Shown here in pieces: positions 42,801 through 58,100 of a stretch of DNA of 64,000 bases. The stretch's first letter is position 1. Each line of letters opens with the position of its first letter. A program made the translations under genes and the position numbers. The notes under the pieces are model-generated. The model saw nothing but the letters and a program-made list of their open reading frames with translations. It was not told the origin of the DNA and searched no databases. The stretch is taken from NCBI RefSeq assembly GCF_009914755.1, contig NC_060942.1. One strand, given 5' to 3'. This stretch comes from the human T2T-CHM13v2.0 reference genome, Homo sapiens.

Positions 42801-43290
42801 TGAAGTCTGATTATTGTTAAATAATTAAGTCAATTTCCTGTGATTGGGAAACTATCGGGGAAGAAGGAAGACGTGAGGTTTTTTGATGGGAAGATGCAAC
42901 ATTTCATTTTAGGCAAGATGGGTTTGGGGTAATGCTGGAAATTCCAAGAAAATAACCGAGAGTTCAGTAGAGCTGTGGACAGTAGCTGAAGGCATGCATG
43001 ACACCTCTGAGTCATCTGCACAGGGAAGAGCTGAATCCACGGAGGCGAGGTCTGCAAGGAAGAGACTGCGGAGCAAGAGGAGCCGTCAGTCAGAATGGAA
43101 CATGCAGGTTGCTTAAAGTTACAGGAAAATGACATTGTTGCATCATACAGAAATGGAGAAGCCAGAAGAAGGATGGGAAGAGAATCAAAGTGACAGAATC
43201 TGGTTAAACAGAATAAGGACCAAAAGAAAGAAGCTGAATTTAAAAAGAAAGCAGTCGCAAGAGAGTCAGTACTCTCTGACTTCAGTATAG
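39880..43290. mobile_element. Cluster of L2 fragments (+ 39880-40550; - 40555-41270; + 41490-42430; - 42650-43290)
   Basis: cattcagttaacaaatacatactgagc; aaaaggatcactctggc; cctagcatggtgcctggcacat...aatgaatgag. Confidence 0.7.
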
Positions 43291-44019
43291 CCAATTGTAA
43301 GAAATTAACGGGGAAAAGTTAAAGAATTTAGGCGTTTATAAGAAAGATAATTACAAGGAGTCTCTTTTAAAAAATCCAACACAAACTCTGCACATTTGCA
43401 GGAGAGATCAAGAGCCCATGGAAGGTAAGAGACTGACGCTCATAAAGCTGAATTATCCTTGATAAAGCAAATAAAATATCCATAGCAGAAAGGAGAAAAT
43501 TCCTACAGTGGCCACTTTTCCATTCCGTCCTGTCAGCCTCAGCTTGAGATTAGTGGGGACACAAGACCAGTGCCAATTTCAGTCCCTTCCTTCCCTTCAG
43601 AGGTGCACTGTGCATGCAAAGCTCTAAGCAGGCTGGGTCAGCAGAGAATGGGAAGCCGACACTGAGGGCTGATAAGCATTATTCATGCTGCAAATCAAGG
43701 AAATTAAAAGGCTCAGAAGTTGCTGTTAAAATAGGAGAACATCTGGAACTGTACTTCACTGAGACTGCCTGGAAACTAATGTCTGCTGGCACAAGTGGTT
43801 CTATTAGTGTGTGGAAAATGCTTTGTGCTAATAGCAATTTCATCGGAAGATCTCCAAGTATTTTATGAACAATTTTAAAAAGCTCTCTGTGGATATTTGA
43901 TGCAGATTCAGAAACTTTAACTGTGAAGAACTTGGCTATGTTTTTTTTTCTCCTAGAATTATTTCCTAAATTTTAAGAAGTAAACATTAAATACTTGGTA
44001 TGTTGGTTGAAGTATCTAC

Positions 44020-44200
44020 TTGGCAAGGAAGCTGAACTGGGTTTTAATACCACTTCTGTCACATACTGGCAAGAGGTCCTGAGTAATTTACTTACCCATA
44101 TTATTTCCCCACTTACAAAAATATAGATAATAATAATGTATGTAAAACAACATGCCTAGTGCTGGGACATTATAAGTCCAATATTGATGCATGCTGATAT
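44020..44200 (+). mobile_element. MIR fragment
   Basis: actgggttttaataccacttctgtcac...atttacttaccc...cctagtgctgggacat. Confidence 0.5.
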
Positions 44201-44603
44201 CTTATCATCCTCTAGAGGAAGGATTTTATGACTTTAACATCTAAAGATCTGCAACTTCTTCTACGTTAATTCAATCTAAAAATCTATGGCCAGAGTGCCT
44301 CCATCAAATCATGGTTTGATGCTGTCATCTGCTCTAGGTACGTACCACAATTGGATAAATATAAAAACTGAAAAGATATGTACCCGGACTTGAAAGCTAG
44401 ATAAGCACTCTGGAGATGAGAAATGTGACGTGGTCAGGCCTGAGGCTGTGGCTTTCCGGGCTCTGGTTCTGTAAGTCAAAAAGGGCAGCCAGAGTTGGAT
44501 TATTTCTGTGGGTAAAAGAGAATGCAAATACTTCATACAGGTCCATAGCTAGGCTCACAACAGAAGCCAAGGTGAGGATGGGATGGGGTTCTCTGCAAAA
44601 TGA

Positions 44604-44678
44604 AAGGAGAGTGAATATAAAAAGTATGAAGGAGAGTGAATATAAAAAGTATGAAGGAGAGTGAATATAAAAAGTATG
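44604..44678. repeat. Perfect 25-bp tandem repeat x3
   Basis: aaggagagtgaatataaaaagtatg at 44604, 44629 and 44654. Confidence 0.97.
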
Positions 44679-44681
44679 CTG

Positions 44682-45029
<348 letters not shown>

Positions 45030-45840
45030 TCAACTCAGGGAGACAAGAAGACACAGTGCAGCCCTGTAACCAGGACATGAATCAAACTCTCTGCTGGCTC
45101 TGTGATTTCCCAAAAATCACTGTGGAGAAGAAACTCAAAATTCCATTAAAAAGTCTTGTTCTGGAGTTAGAAGAAGATCTGAGTGGAAGGAAGCTCAAAA
45201 CTGCTAGACCTGTGCACGTGGCAGTTTGTGGGGAGATAGGAAAAAAGGTATATAAAAAACATTAAAACCTACCACACGAAATGAGTCTACAAACGAGGAT
45301 CCCAAAATATGTAAATAAATCTAAAGTTAAGAAAGACAGTTGATAAAACTAATAACTAGAGTAATTCCATATGAAATTATTATCAGTATTATAATTGTGT
45401 TAAATTCTGATGAAGACTTTAAGATAAGCCAGCCCAGGAGATGATAGAAGGTAGCATAATGGTAGCCCTATGGACTTTGATAGCCCCTCACCTTTTTCTA
45501 AAATCCAAACGGATAAAGAAGAAAGCAAATACACATATCTACAACCTATACTCACAGCATTCTTAGGAAGCAAGGAAGATTGCAAACACCTATTTTCCAG
45601 GATATGGGAAATAAAGACTGCAGTGAAGCAGAGCTGGGGAGGGTAGAAGGCACTAGTAGTGAAAAAAACAAAACAGGAAGAGAAAGTGCCACATGCATGG
45701 GCACTCCTGGGAACAGTTCTGAAACTTGGCTAGTCAGAGCACTGGCAAAGAAGAAGAAAGAAAGGGGCTTACCCAGCTATGGGACAAGGTGGAGTGGTCT
45801 TGGGAAGTCATTGCTCCTGGAAGAAAACAAGAAAGAGGCA

Positions 45841-46058
45841 TTCCAAACACTACACGTGGAGTGGTAATGTCATCACTCTGAGAGCTAATAGAATGTATGC
45901 TTGTGTATTTTTATGTTTAAAATTTTTCACAGCTTTAATTTTTTAATGTAGTAAATATCAATATATATATAACCCACATGAAACTAGTTCCTTGGAGTTA
46001 TCATTAATTTTTTAGAGTGTAAAGAGATCATGATACCAAAATATTTGAGAATCCTTGT
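45841..46058 (+). mobile_element. Charlie1-family 3' half (partial copy)
   Basis: tgtcatcactctgagagctaatagaatgtatgcttgtgtatt...agagtgtaaagagatcatgataccaaaatatttgagaat. Confidence 0.8.
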
Positions 46059-46302
46059 CCCAGGCTCTATGAATCTTCAGTTTGACAGAATCAGCTGATG
46101 GTGAAGGAAAGAAACACATTTTAGATGATAAAGGCTTTAATGAAACAAGATAGAATAAAAGATTCCACATGGGGCAGGGCAGATCACAGAACAGAAAACA
46201 GTAAACAAAACTTTCTAGCAGAAGAAACAACACCAAACAGTGGCTAAAAGCTGTAACACATGATATCAATATGAATTATATGTAATTTAAGAAGCATTTC
46301 TA

Positions 46303-46324
46303 TAAAACTTAAAGTATAATAAAA
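46303..46324 (+). mobile_element. Ultra-truncated L1PA 3' terminus with TSD
   Basis: taaaacttaaagtataataaaa flanked by aagcatttcta at 46292-46302 and 46325-46335. Confidence 0.75.
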
Positions 46325-47291
46325 AAGCATTTCTAGCTACAAAATAACACAAGGAACAGAAATGCAAAAGCTCAGAGAAGAGAAGGAAAAAGAGCAGGAA
46401 CTGACAAAATTCAGGAAGGAAACTAAAGAAAAAGAGGACATTACCTTAGAAATAAAGATTACATCAGAAAATGCACAAGAGAGAATGGTTATGACCAAAA
46501 GTATGATAAGTGCTATTGAGGGCACAAATGAGAAAAGCCAGAAGAATGAAAGATAAGTAAAGAGATTATATACTCCTTAAGAAAGATATTCCCCAAGTCA
46601 CATATACTAGACATATACACATCCACTGGATTAAAGGATAACAGATGAGCAACGAAAACATGCAATAAAAACAAAAGTGATGGTAGCAATATTAAGATCA
46701 GACAATTCAGAATCAAAGACAAAACCAGTTAAATAAAAGGGATAACTCAATATTATAAAGAACAATCCACCAAAAAAATTCATGATCATGACCTTATATG
46801 AACCTAACAACATCATGTAGAGCTACAAGAAGCAAAAATGAGCATAAGTTGATTTTTAACTTATTTTTATTTAAAAATGAGAGATCTAATAGACCAAAAA
46901 TAGAAAAAAATTAACACATATTTATATATTAATATGGTAATACTAATATATTAATATGCAATATGTCAGTATATTTTGAACATATGCATATTGTATTAAT
47001 TATATTATGTGTTGATATATTTTAATTATATATGTGTCTACAAAAAATTTGGAAGATATAATTCATGTGCTGGATTTAAAATATCCATTTTGAACCTTGT
47101 ATCTATGAAGTAGAACTCTTACATGGCTTCTAAATAAAGACTGACCATACGGCCATACAAGAAATCTCTCAGGAAGTCTGCAACACATTTTTAAAAAATC
47201 AAGGTTACTTTAACTGAAACATCTAACCATAATGCAATTAAACAGAAAATCAATAGAAGGTTTAAAAACATGCCTAAAGACTTAAAAATGC

Positions 47292-47450
47292 TTAGATGGA
47301 TATGGTGGTGTGTGCCTGTAGTCCCAGCTACTCAGAAGGCTAAGGCAGGAGAATCACTTGAGCCCAGGAGTTCGAGGTAGCAGTGAGCTATGATCGTACC
47401 ACTTTCAGGGTGACAGAGCAAGACCCAGTCTCAAAATAAATAAATTAATA
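47292..47450 (+). mobile_element. Alu right monomer (FRAM/AluJo)
   Basis: ggtggtgtgtgcctgtagtcccagctactc...cttgagcccaggagttcgagg...gtgagctatgatc. Confidence 0.88.
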
Positions 47451-47941
47451 ATAATTTAAAAATTAGTAAATTTTAAGGCTTAAATGCAGTAGCAAATTAT
47501 TTATGGGTAAAGGACGAAAATTACAATAGGTAGTATTGATATTTAGAACTGAATAGCAGTTAACAATACTGTATCTGAAAAATCCTGATATACAGCTCAC
47601 ACAGTTTTTAGAATTAAATTTAAAACTTAAAGGCATGTATGGAAGGATGGTTGTGTTTGATATGGAACTCAGTTGAAGATGTAAATCTTCTACTATGCCT
47701 TCTGGATTCACAAAACCTAGAAAGATAATTACAAATCACAGGCTCCTTTTCAACTGGGATAATGAATGTGATCAGATTCAGCTAACCAGATCCCCTTACG
47801 CAAGATGTAGAAGTCAGATTGAGCAGAGGCCAATTTTTGCTACCCCATTATTTGTGAAGATCTATGTTATTACAGCTACTTTGGAGAAAATTTGACAACG
47901 TCTAGTAAAGCTGAAGATGCATTTTTCTTATATAGTTTAGT

Positions 47942-48298
47942 ACAATGATTTTCAAATATTTTGATATCATGATCTCTTTACACTCTAAAACATTAATGAG
48001 GACTCTAAGAAACTATTTTCACATGGGTTATAGATATTTACCACATTAAAAATTAAAGCTGTGAAAAATTTAAAACATAAGAATACACAAACATACATTC
48101 TATTAGCTGTGAGAGTGATGACATTACCACTCCACACGCAGTGTCTGGAAAACTCCCTCTACATTCAGGAGAGCATTAAAATACAAAAAAAGGCAAATAA
48201 TGTCTTAATATTATTATAAAAGCAGTTTTGTTTTTGCAGAGCCCATAAAGGGTCTCAGAGCCCCACGTGCCCCCAGGCTACAATTTGATAACTATTGC
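47942..48298 (-). mobile_element. Charlie1-family element
   Basis: Reverse complement follows the same Charlie1 layout as 27177-27555. Confidence 0.8.
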
Positions 48299-48576
48299 AG
48301 TAGAGTTCCTCTTGCACGTTTGTATAATATCTTAAAAAATGTTTATTCCAGCATTTTTGTAATACAAAAACTTACAAGTTAATAGGAGACAAAAAAGTGG
48401 CTTGTGATATAGTCATACAATGAAATAATATATATTACTAAAAATGAGTAAACTAGTGATATATCTATTATTATGGACAAATATAAAAAACAATGTTGCG
48501 TGCAAAAAAAAATCAACCAACATATATAGTATGCTACAAAACACATAAATTAAAAAACAATTTATAAGTCAATTTT

Positions 48577-49199
<623 letters not shown>

Positions 49200-49499
49200 A
49201 AGTCAATTTTGTTCCACTTTTATGTATATATAAATTATCCATAGTCTAATTATACGATAAGCACCAAATTCAGAATAATGAAAGAGGGGCAAAAGGAAAT
49301 AGAATCAGTGAGGTTTATGCAGGACCTTTAAACAAAGTCCCTTAGTGTTATCACTCAAAACAATTTGAGATTAGTATAGAACAATGATAAAATCAAGTGA
49401 TGGATACACAGATTGTCACTAGGTTATCTTCTGTACTTTTTAACATTTTATAACACGAAATATTAAAAAACATGTCTAAATGCTACAACTCAAGCCACC

Positions 49500-50415
49500 T
49501 GTATAAGAAAAATATACTATTTTTCTTACATTCTCACAACACTCAATAATTGTAGAACACCTCACTCCCAACACCAAAATGTGTGTGTGTGTTTTTTCCC
49601 ACACCAAGCAATTTTTCAACTCTCTGGAGACATGGACTTGATGTCCTACAATTCTTTTCAATTTTGGCACTATCTACCTGCAGGTAACATCAGAGCCCAC
49701 AAGTTAAGGGATCAGTCACACAATAGTATCCCCATAAGCCAATTCAGATGTCAATTTTAAGTCCGGGTTGTCACCTGTGCTTCTGACCAAGCTATAAATC
49801 GGAGGCTCTCACAACTTCCTCCTCAGATTCAATAATTTGCTAGAATGACTCAAAACTCAGGGAAACATTGCTTACATTTACCAGTTTATTACAAGGGCTA
49901 CAATTCAGAAATAGCCAAATGGAAGAGATGCATAGAGCAAGGAATGGGGCAGGGGGTGCAAAGCTTCCAGGCCCTCTCCATGCTCACCACCTTGCCAGCA
50001 CCTCCATCTGTTCACCAACATGGAGGCTCTCCAATCCTGAACTTCAGGGATTTTAATGGAGGCTCTATCACATAAGCATGATTGATTAACTCAATCTTCA
50101 TCTTCTCTCTTCTTCCTGGTGGATGAGGGCTGGGGCTGAAGATTTCAAAATTCTAATCATGCCTTGGTTTTGCTGATGACTAGCCCCCATTCAGTAGCCC
50201 ACCAAGGGTTGCCTCATTAGACAAAAGATGCTCCTATTACCAAGGAAATTCTAAGGATTTAGGGGTTCTGTGTCAGGAACCAGGGTCAAAAACCAAATAT
50301 TAGAATAAAAAATGCTCCTAGTAACTTCCTGCTTAGGAAATTACAAGAGTTTTAGAAGCTCTGTGTCAAAAACTGGGGACAGATGCCAATATGTATTTTT
50401 TTTTATTGTTTCATA
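49500..50415 (-). mobile_element. MER21C-like ERVL LTR
   Basis: ttcccacaccaagcaatt...ctatctacctg...cccacaagttaaggg...taatttgctagaatgactca...ggaaattacaagagttttagaagctctgtgtc. Confidence 0.8.
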
Positions 50416-52459
50416 GCCCCTAAAGAGTGTGTAAGATTTTTAGCAAAAAAAAAAAAATTATGATTAACCTTAACCTTACCACAAGATTTTCTTTGTCTAT
50501 GCATAAAGAGGACATATATTATCATAATAAATTAGGAGAATTGTTTATGCATTTCCTATCCTGTCCTAAATTACTGCCAAAGACAGACAATATCTGTATA
50601 GAAAAACATACTTTAGGGCCAACAATAAACAAGCTAAAATAATGTACAATCAATATATTATATGCAGATGCAAAGCCTAGGGGTTTTGATTATTCTTTGA
50701 TAGAGCATTTTGTATTTCCAATCCTCAAACTTATTCTTAATGCAACACGATATTTTTAAAGGTCAACTTCATTAAATATAATTTTTATATAGTAGAATCC
50801 ACAACACTTACGTGTACAAATTAATGGGTTTTAACAAATGTATTCACTGATGTAATCCTCACCCTGATAAGATGTAAAAGATTTTTTATCATCATAAGAA
50901 TTTCTTCGTGATGCCTTTTGCAGTCCATCATACCTTAGGTTTGCCTTCTTTAGAGAGTCCTATAAATAGAATCATAATGTATGGATTCCATTTGTGTCTC
51001 GCTTAAATTTTTGTATTCTTTATTAGTATTCCTTCCTTTCTATTGCTGCATTCTATTGCAAACGATGTCCTGATTTTTATTTTATTTATTTTATTCATTT
51101 ACCTGTTAGTGGACATTTGAGTTGTTTCCAGTTTTTAGCTATTATGAATAAAATGGTTAGGAGTAATTATGTACAACTATTCATGTGCATACATATTTCC
51201 ATATCCCTTGGGTAAGTATTCAACAGTTTATTTGATGGATGATAAGGTAAGTGTATTATATATCTAACTTCATAAAAATATGCTGAAAAGATTTTCCAGA
51301 TTGGTTCTACCACTTTACATTGATACCAGCAATTTATGAGAATTCCAATCACTCCATATACTGGCCTACACTTGGTATTATCAGCTATTTAGTTTTATCC
51401 ATTCTAGGGGTATGAAGTTGCAGGTCATTGAATTTTTCATTTTGCTGATGAAGCATGTTGTAGAGCTACTTTTCACATGCTAATTGCCGATTTTTACATC
51501 TTATTTTATGAAGTGTTCATTAAAGATATTTGCCTGATATTTTTTATTTGACTGCTATTTTTTAAAATTATTGAGTGTACATGAATTCTTTCTAAATTCT
51601 TGATATACTTTGTCATATATTTCTTGAGAATATTTTCTCCCAGTCTGTGACTTGCATTTACATATTCTTAACAGTATATTTTGTTACACAATTTTTTAAA
51701 ACATTGATAGAATACAATTTATCAGATTTTCATTTATAATGAATGATTTTTGTCCCCTAAAAATTCTTTGACTACTGCAGGGTTGTGAAGATATTCTCTT
51801 GTTTTCTTATAGACATTGTATAATTTTAGGATTTACATTTAAGTTAAGGGTACATCTCAAATATATTTTTGTGTATTGTGTGAAATAAGGGTTGAGATAC
51901 ATTTTGTTCCCTGTAGATATTCTGTTTTACTAGCACTATTTGCTGCAACTTGACCCATTGAATTAACTTGGTATCTTTGTAAAAAAAAAAAATCGGTTGA
52001 CTGCATATCTGTGGATCTATTTCTGAACTCTTCATCCTTTTCTACAGATCTTTCTGTCTTTCCCTATACTGACACATTACTGTTTTGATTATGGTCATCT
52101 TATAATAAATCTTGAAATCAGATACTGTAACTCTTCCAAGTTTCTTAGTCTCTTTTAAGATTATTTTGGCCAATCTAAGGCCATACAAATTTTAGGTTTA
52201 TCTTTTCAGTAAAAAAAAAAAAATCCTATTGGGATTTTTATTATCATATTGAATCTCTAGATAAATTTAGAGAAAGTTGTCATCTTAAGAATATTGAGCA
52301 TTTTAGTCCATGAATATGGTATATATCTCTATTTTCATCTTATAGAAATTGCTCTCAGCAATGTACATTAGTTTTCAGTGTAAAGATTTGTATCTTTTTG
52401 TTATATTTACTTCAAATATTTTATATTTTTGTGGTGTTTTTAATACTTCATTTACTGAC

Positions 52460-52902
52460 TGTAGTTGGTTGAATAGTGGCTCAAAAAATAGGTTCAAACT
52501 CTAATTCCTGGACCCTGTAAAAATCATATTATTTGGATAAAGGGATTTTGTAGATGTAATTAAGGATCTCAAGATGAGGTCATCCTCAATTTAGAATAGA
52601 TTCTAAATCCAATGACATATGTATTTATAAGAGATGGCAGTAGAGAAGACACAGAGGTAAGAATCCTTGTGAAGATGAAAGCAGAATGAATTTATGCTGC
52701 CATGAACCAAAGCAAGCCAGAAGCCACCAGAATGTGGAAGATACAAGGAAGGATTCTCTTCTAGTCTTTTGAAGGATTGTGTCTCTACTGACACCTTGAT
52801 TTTGTACTTCTGGCTTCCAGACCTGTGAGAAACAATTTTTTGTTGTTTTAAGGTGCCAAGTCTGTGATAATTGCTGCAGCAGCCTCAAGAAATTAATATA
52901 CA
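52460..52902 (+). mobile_element. MLT1B/C LTR
   Basis: tgtagttggttgaatagtggc...taaggatctcaagatgaggtcatcc...ctaaatccaatgac...gacaccttgattttg...aattaatataca. Confidence 0.88.
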
Positions 52903-54639
52903 ATAGTTTGTTCTTAGTATATAGAAATAAAAGTGATTTTATGTTAAGTTAGTATTTTGTAACCTTATTGGTTTTACTTAGAAATTCTAGTAGTTTTAAA
53001 GATACAATATTTAGGATTTTTATGTAAATCATTCTGTCAGATGTGCATAAAGACAGATTTTCCTTCTACTTCCCAGTCTTTATACCCTGCACATATTTTT
53101 CTTGCCTGTCCTGACAGGACCCCCAGTAGAATATTAATTGGAAATGGAGAGAGCAGACACTTTTGCTGACTTGGGGAAAACCCTTAGTTTTTCACTATTA
53201 AAATAATGTGAATTATAAGATTTTTAAATAGATACTATTTATTACATTATGGAAGTTCCTTCCCATTACTAGTTTATGATGAGTATTTAGCATGTACATG
53301 CATAGAAGTTTGTCAAATAATTTTTCTGCATCCACTAAGATAACTATCTGATTTTTCTCCTTTATTCTACTAACAAGGTAAACTATATTGTTGATTTTCA
53401 GATGTTGAACCAATCTTGGATTCCTGGAATAGACTCCAGTTAATCATGTTATATTGATTTTTAATGCATTGACAGATTAGGTCAGTTTGCTAACATGACA
53501 TTTAAAAATTATGTTGAGGGATATTGGTTAATAATTTTATTTTCTTATAATATTTTCTCTTGTTTAGGTTTCATAGTAGTTTTGAAATAATATATTCCCT
53601 CCTCTTGTATGAAAGTTTATGTAAAATTGTTAATATATCTTTATTAAATGTTTCATAGAATTCATCACTGAAGCTATTTGAAGTAGAAATTTGCTTTGTG
53701 AAAGAGCCTTTGGTTACAAATTTAAATTCTGTAATAATTAGGCTAATTTAATTTTTGTTACTTTTTATGTCAATGTTTACAAATAATTTTTCAAGGAATA
53801 TTTTATTTTATTGGAATAATGTTCACAATACAACTTTATTTTTCTTTTAATGTCTATAATATCTGTAACAATAATATCCCTTTAATTCTTGATATTGGTA
53901 ACTTGGGTTTCATCTCTTTCTTTATTTTATTTAGCAAAGCTAGAGATTTATCATTTTTATCAGTCTTTCTAAAGAACTAATTAGCTTCTTAATGTTTTTA
54001 ATTGTTTGCCTGTTTTCCACTTTATTGATTTATCGTCTCTGTTTTTTATTTATTTCTTTATTTTGGAGGCTTGATGTTCTTTACTTTCTAGTTCCTGAAG
54101 TTGGAAAATTGGTTCATTGTATTTCTTCCTTATTTAACGTGGAGCATTTAAAAGTATAAATGTCCTTTTAAGACCTTCTTTAACTCCATCATACAAATTT
54201 TAATTTTTGAGTGCAAACATTTTAATTCTCATTATTACCTTTTTAACCCATAAGTGTGTTGCTTAATGTATGCACAATTGGGGATTTTTAAGACATTTTA
54301 CTATTTATTTTTATCTTAATATTGTTATAGTAAGATAGCATTTTTTATATGACCTCAATCTTCTGAAAATTACTAATCCTTGTTTTATGGCTCAGCATAT
54401 CCTCTATCTTGATCAAGGTTTTATAGGAACATGAAAAGAATGTATATTCTTTAGTTGTTGAGTGTAATGTACTATAAATATCAATTAGGTTAAGTTGGTT
54501 TACAGCACTGTTGAAATATCTTTATCTTTTTTTAAACTTGTTCTATCAATTACAAAAAAAGATATTACAATCTCCTAATGTATTGAAAATTTCTATACCC
54601 TTCTTTCTAGTTCTGCCAATTTTTTTGCTTCTTTTTTAC

Positions 54640-54900
<261 letters not shown>

Positions 54901-55152
54901 AAGTCTGTTGTTAGGTCCATAAAAATTAAGATTGATATGTGTTCCTTATAAACATATACTTTCATCATTTTGAAATGTCTTTCCTTATCTCACTTAACTT
55001 CTTATCTTAAAGTTGATTTTTGACAATAATGTAGCCACACCAGCTTTCTTATATTTTTGGTATGCTATGTTTTCCCACTCTTTTACTGTGAACTTACTTG
55101 TATCTTTATAATTAAGGTTTAAGTCTGTTAAAGAACACGTAATTAAGTCTTG

Positions 55153-58100
55153 TGGAGAGGAGGTGGGGCAAGATGGTGGAATAGAAAGCACCACAGATCA
55201 CCATGCCCTTGCATAAGGACACCAAGTTAACAACCGTCTACACAGAAAAAAATGCCTTCATAAGAACCAAAAATCAGGTGAGCACTCGCAGTACCTGGTT
55301 TTAACTTCCTATCACTGAAAAAGGTACTGAAGAGACAGAAAAAACAAAAAACAGAAAAAAACAGTCCTGAGTTGCTGATGCCACCCCTCCCACACCACAG
55401 GCAGCAGCATGGTGCCATGGTGCAGAGAGCATCTCTGAGCACTGGGGAAGGGAGAATTCAGCAACTGTGAGGAATTAAATTTAGTGCTGTCCTGTTAGAG
55501 CAGGAAGAAAAACCAGACCAAACTTAGCTAATGCCCACCCACAGGGAGAGCGTTTAAACCAGCCCTAGCCAGAGAGAAATTACTGGTCCCAGCAGTTTAA
55601 ACTTGAGTGCCCTGCAAACCTTGCCACTGAGAGCCAAAGTGCTCTTGGTCTCTAAGTAAACTTGAAAAGCAGTCTAGGCCACAAGCACTGCAACCGTTAG
55701 ACTAATCGTAGGGCTGAACTAGGTCCAGAGACAGTGGACTGGGGAGGAACACGAGATGCTGAGACACCAGCTGAGGCAGCCAAGGGAGTGCTGCACCTCT
55801 CCACTAACCTCAGGCTGCACAGACCACAGCTCCAAAAGAGAACCCTTTTCTCCACTTGAAAAGAGGATAGAGAAGAATGGGGAAGACTTTGTCTGCATCT
55901 TGGATATCAGCTCTTAGCCACAGCAGAATGCAGCGTCAGTCAGAGTCATGAGAACCCTGTTCCAGGCTCTAGCTCCTACACATTTCTAGATACACCCTGG
56001 ACCAGAAAGGAACCAGTTGCCTTGAAGAGAAGGACTCAGACCTGCCAGCATGCATCACCTGTTAACTGAAGAGCCCTTGGGCCCTGAATAACCAGCAGCA
56101 ATACCCAAGTACTACATTGAGGGCCTTGGTGAGCCTCTGGGACTTGCTGGCTTCAGGTGAGACTCAGCATATTACTAGCAGTGGTGGCTATAGAACAAAA
56201 CTCCTTCCGCTAGAGAAAAGCAGAGGGAAAAGTAAAGGGGACTTAGTCTTACACCTTAGGTATCAACATCTCCACAGCGGGGTAGAGCACCAAGCAGGCT
56301 CTTGGGGTCCTGATTCCAAAATTTGACTCTTCAACAGCATTTCTGGACTTGCCTTGGGTAAAAAGGCAGCCCATTGCCCTGCCAAGGCCAGGCAACATTC
56401 ATCACAAGCTGATGTAAGAGTACTTGGTTCTTAAGGAAATATCAGTGGTAGTCTAGCAGCACTCCTTATTACCAGGTGTGGTAGTAGCTACAGAGTAAGG
56501 CTCCTCTACCTTTGAAAAAGGGACAGAAGAGTGGGAAGGACTGCATCTTGGGGCTTGAGTGCTAGCTCAGCTGCAATGTAATAGAATACCAGGTAGACTT
56601 TTAAAGTTTTTGACTTTAGTCCTGACTCCCCGGTAGCACTTCTGGACCCACCTGGGGCTTGGGGAACCTCGCTGCCCTAAAAGGAAGGACACAGGCCTCA
56701 CTGGCTTTGACAACTCCTGACTGTAGAGGCCCAGGGCCTGGAGTGAACATGGGCAGTAGCCAGGGAGTGGTTATAGCAGGCCTTGGGCAACACCCAGTGT
56801 TGCGCTGGCTTCAGGTTTGACCCAGTGCAGTCATAGTGGTGATGGCCACAGGGGTGTTTGTGTCACTCCACCTCCAGTTTTAGGTGGCTCACAACAGAGA
56901 CAGAGATTCTGTATGTTTGGGAGAAAGTAAGAGAAGAGAACAAGAGTCTCTGCTTGGTAATCCAGAGAATTCTCTAGGATCCTATCTAAGATCATTAAGA
57001 TGGCAACTCTACGAGTCTACAAGAACCACAGCATTACTGGGATTTGGGTGTCCCCTAAAGTGGAAACAGCTTAGATCACAACACTCAATTCCTTTCAAAT
57101 AACTGGAAAGCCTTTCCAAGAAGGATGGCTAAAAATAAGCCCACACAGTGAACACTACAATAAATACTTAATTTTTCAATGCCCAGACACCAACGACCAT
57201 CTACTAAAATAAGCACCATCCAGGAATACATTACATCACCAAATGAACTAAATAAGCCACCAGGAATTACTCCTAGAGAAACAGAGATATGCGACCTTTC
57301 AGACAGAGATTTTAAAATAGCTGTGCTGAGAAACTAAAAAAAAAAAAAAAAATCAAGATAACACAGAGAAGAAATTCAGAATTCTATCAAATAAACTTAA
57401 CAAAGAGATTGAAATAATTTAAAAGAATCAAGCAGAAAGTCTTGAGCTGAAAAATATAATAAGCATACTAAAGAATACATCAGAGTTCTTTAACAGTGGA
57501 ACAGGTCATGCAGAAGAAAGAATTAGTGAGCTAAAAGACAGGCTATTTGAAAATACACAGTGAGAGGAGACAAAAGAAAAAAGAACCAAAAAACAATGAT
57601 GCACACCTACAGGATCTAGAAAATAGTCTCGGAAGGGCAAATCTAAGAGTTATTGCCCTTAAAGAGGAGGGATAGAAACAGAAAGGAGTAGAAAGTTTAT
57701 TCAAAGGAATACTAACAGAAATTCCCAAACCTAGAGAAAGATATCATAACCAAGTACAAGGTCTTAGAACACCAAATATATTTAACCCAAACAAGACTAC
57801 CTCAAGGCATTTAGTAATCAGACTCGCAAATGTCAAGGATAAAGAAAGGATCCTAAAAGTAGCAAAAGAAAAGAAACAAATAACATACAATGGAACTCCA
57901 ATATGTCTGGCAGCACACTTTTCAGTGGAAACCTTTAAGTCCAGGAGAGAGTGGCACAACATATTTAAGTGCTGAAGGAAAAAATCTTTTTACTCTAGAG
58001 TGGTAAATTTGGTGAAAATATCCTTCAAACATGAAGGAGAAATAAAGACCTCAGACAAACAAAAACTGAGGGATTTAACAAATATCAGAGCCATCCTACA

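Noticed and set aside
42765-42830. Cluster of TAATTA palindromes
   Set aside because: Low-complexity slippage within or next to L2; no independent support.
44604-44678. CRISPR-like direct repeats
   Set aside because: Head-to-tail units with no spacers, in eukaryotic DNA with no cas genes.
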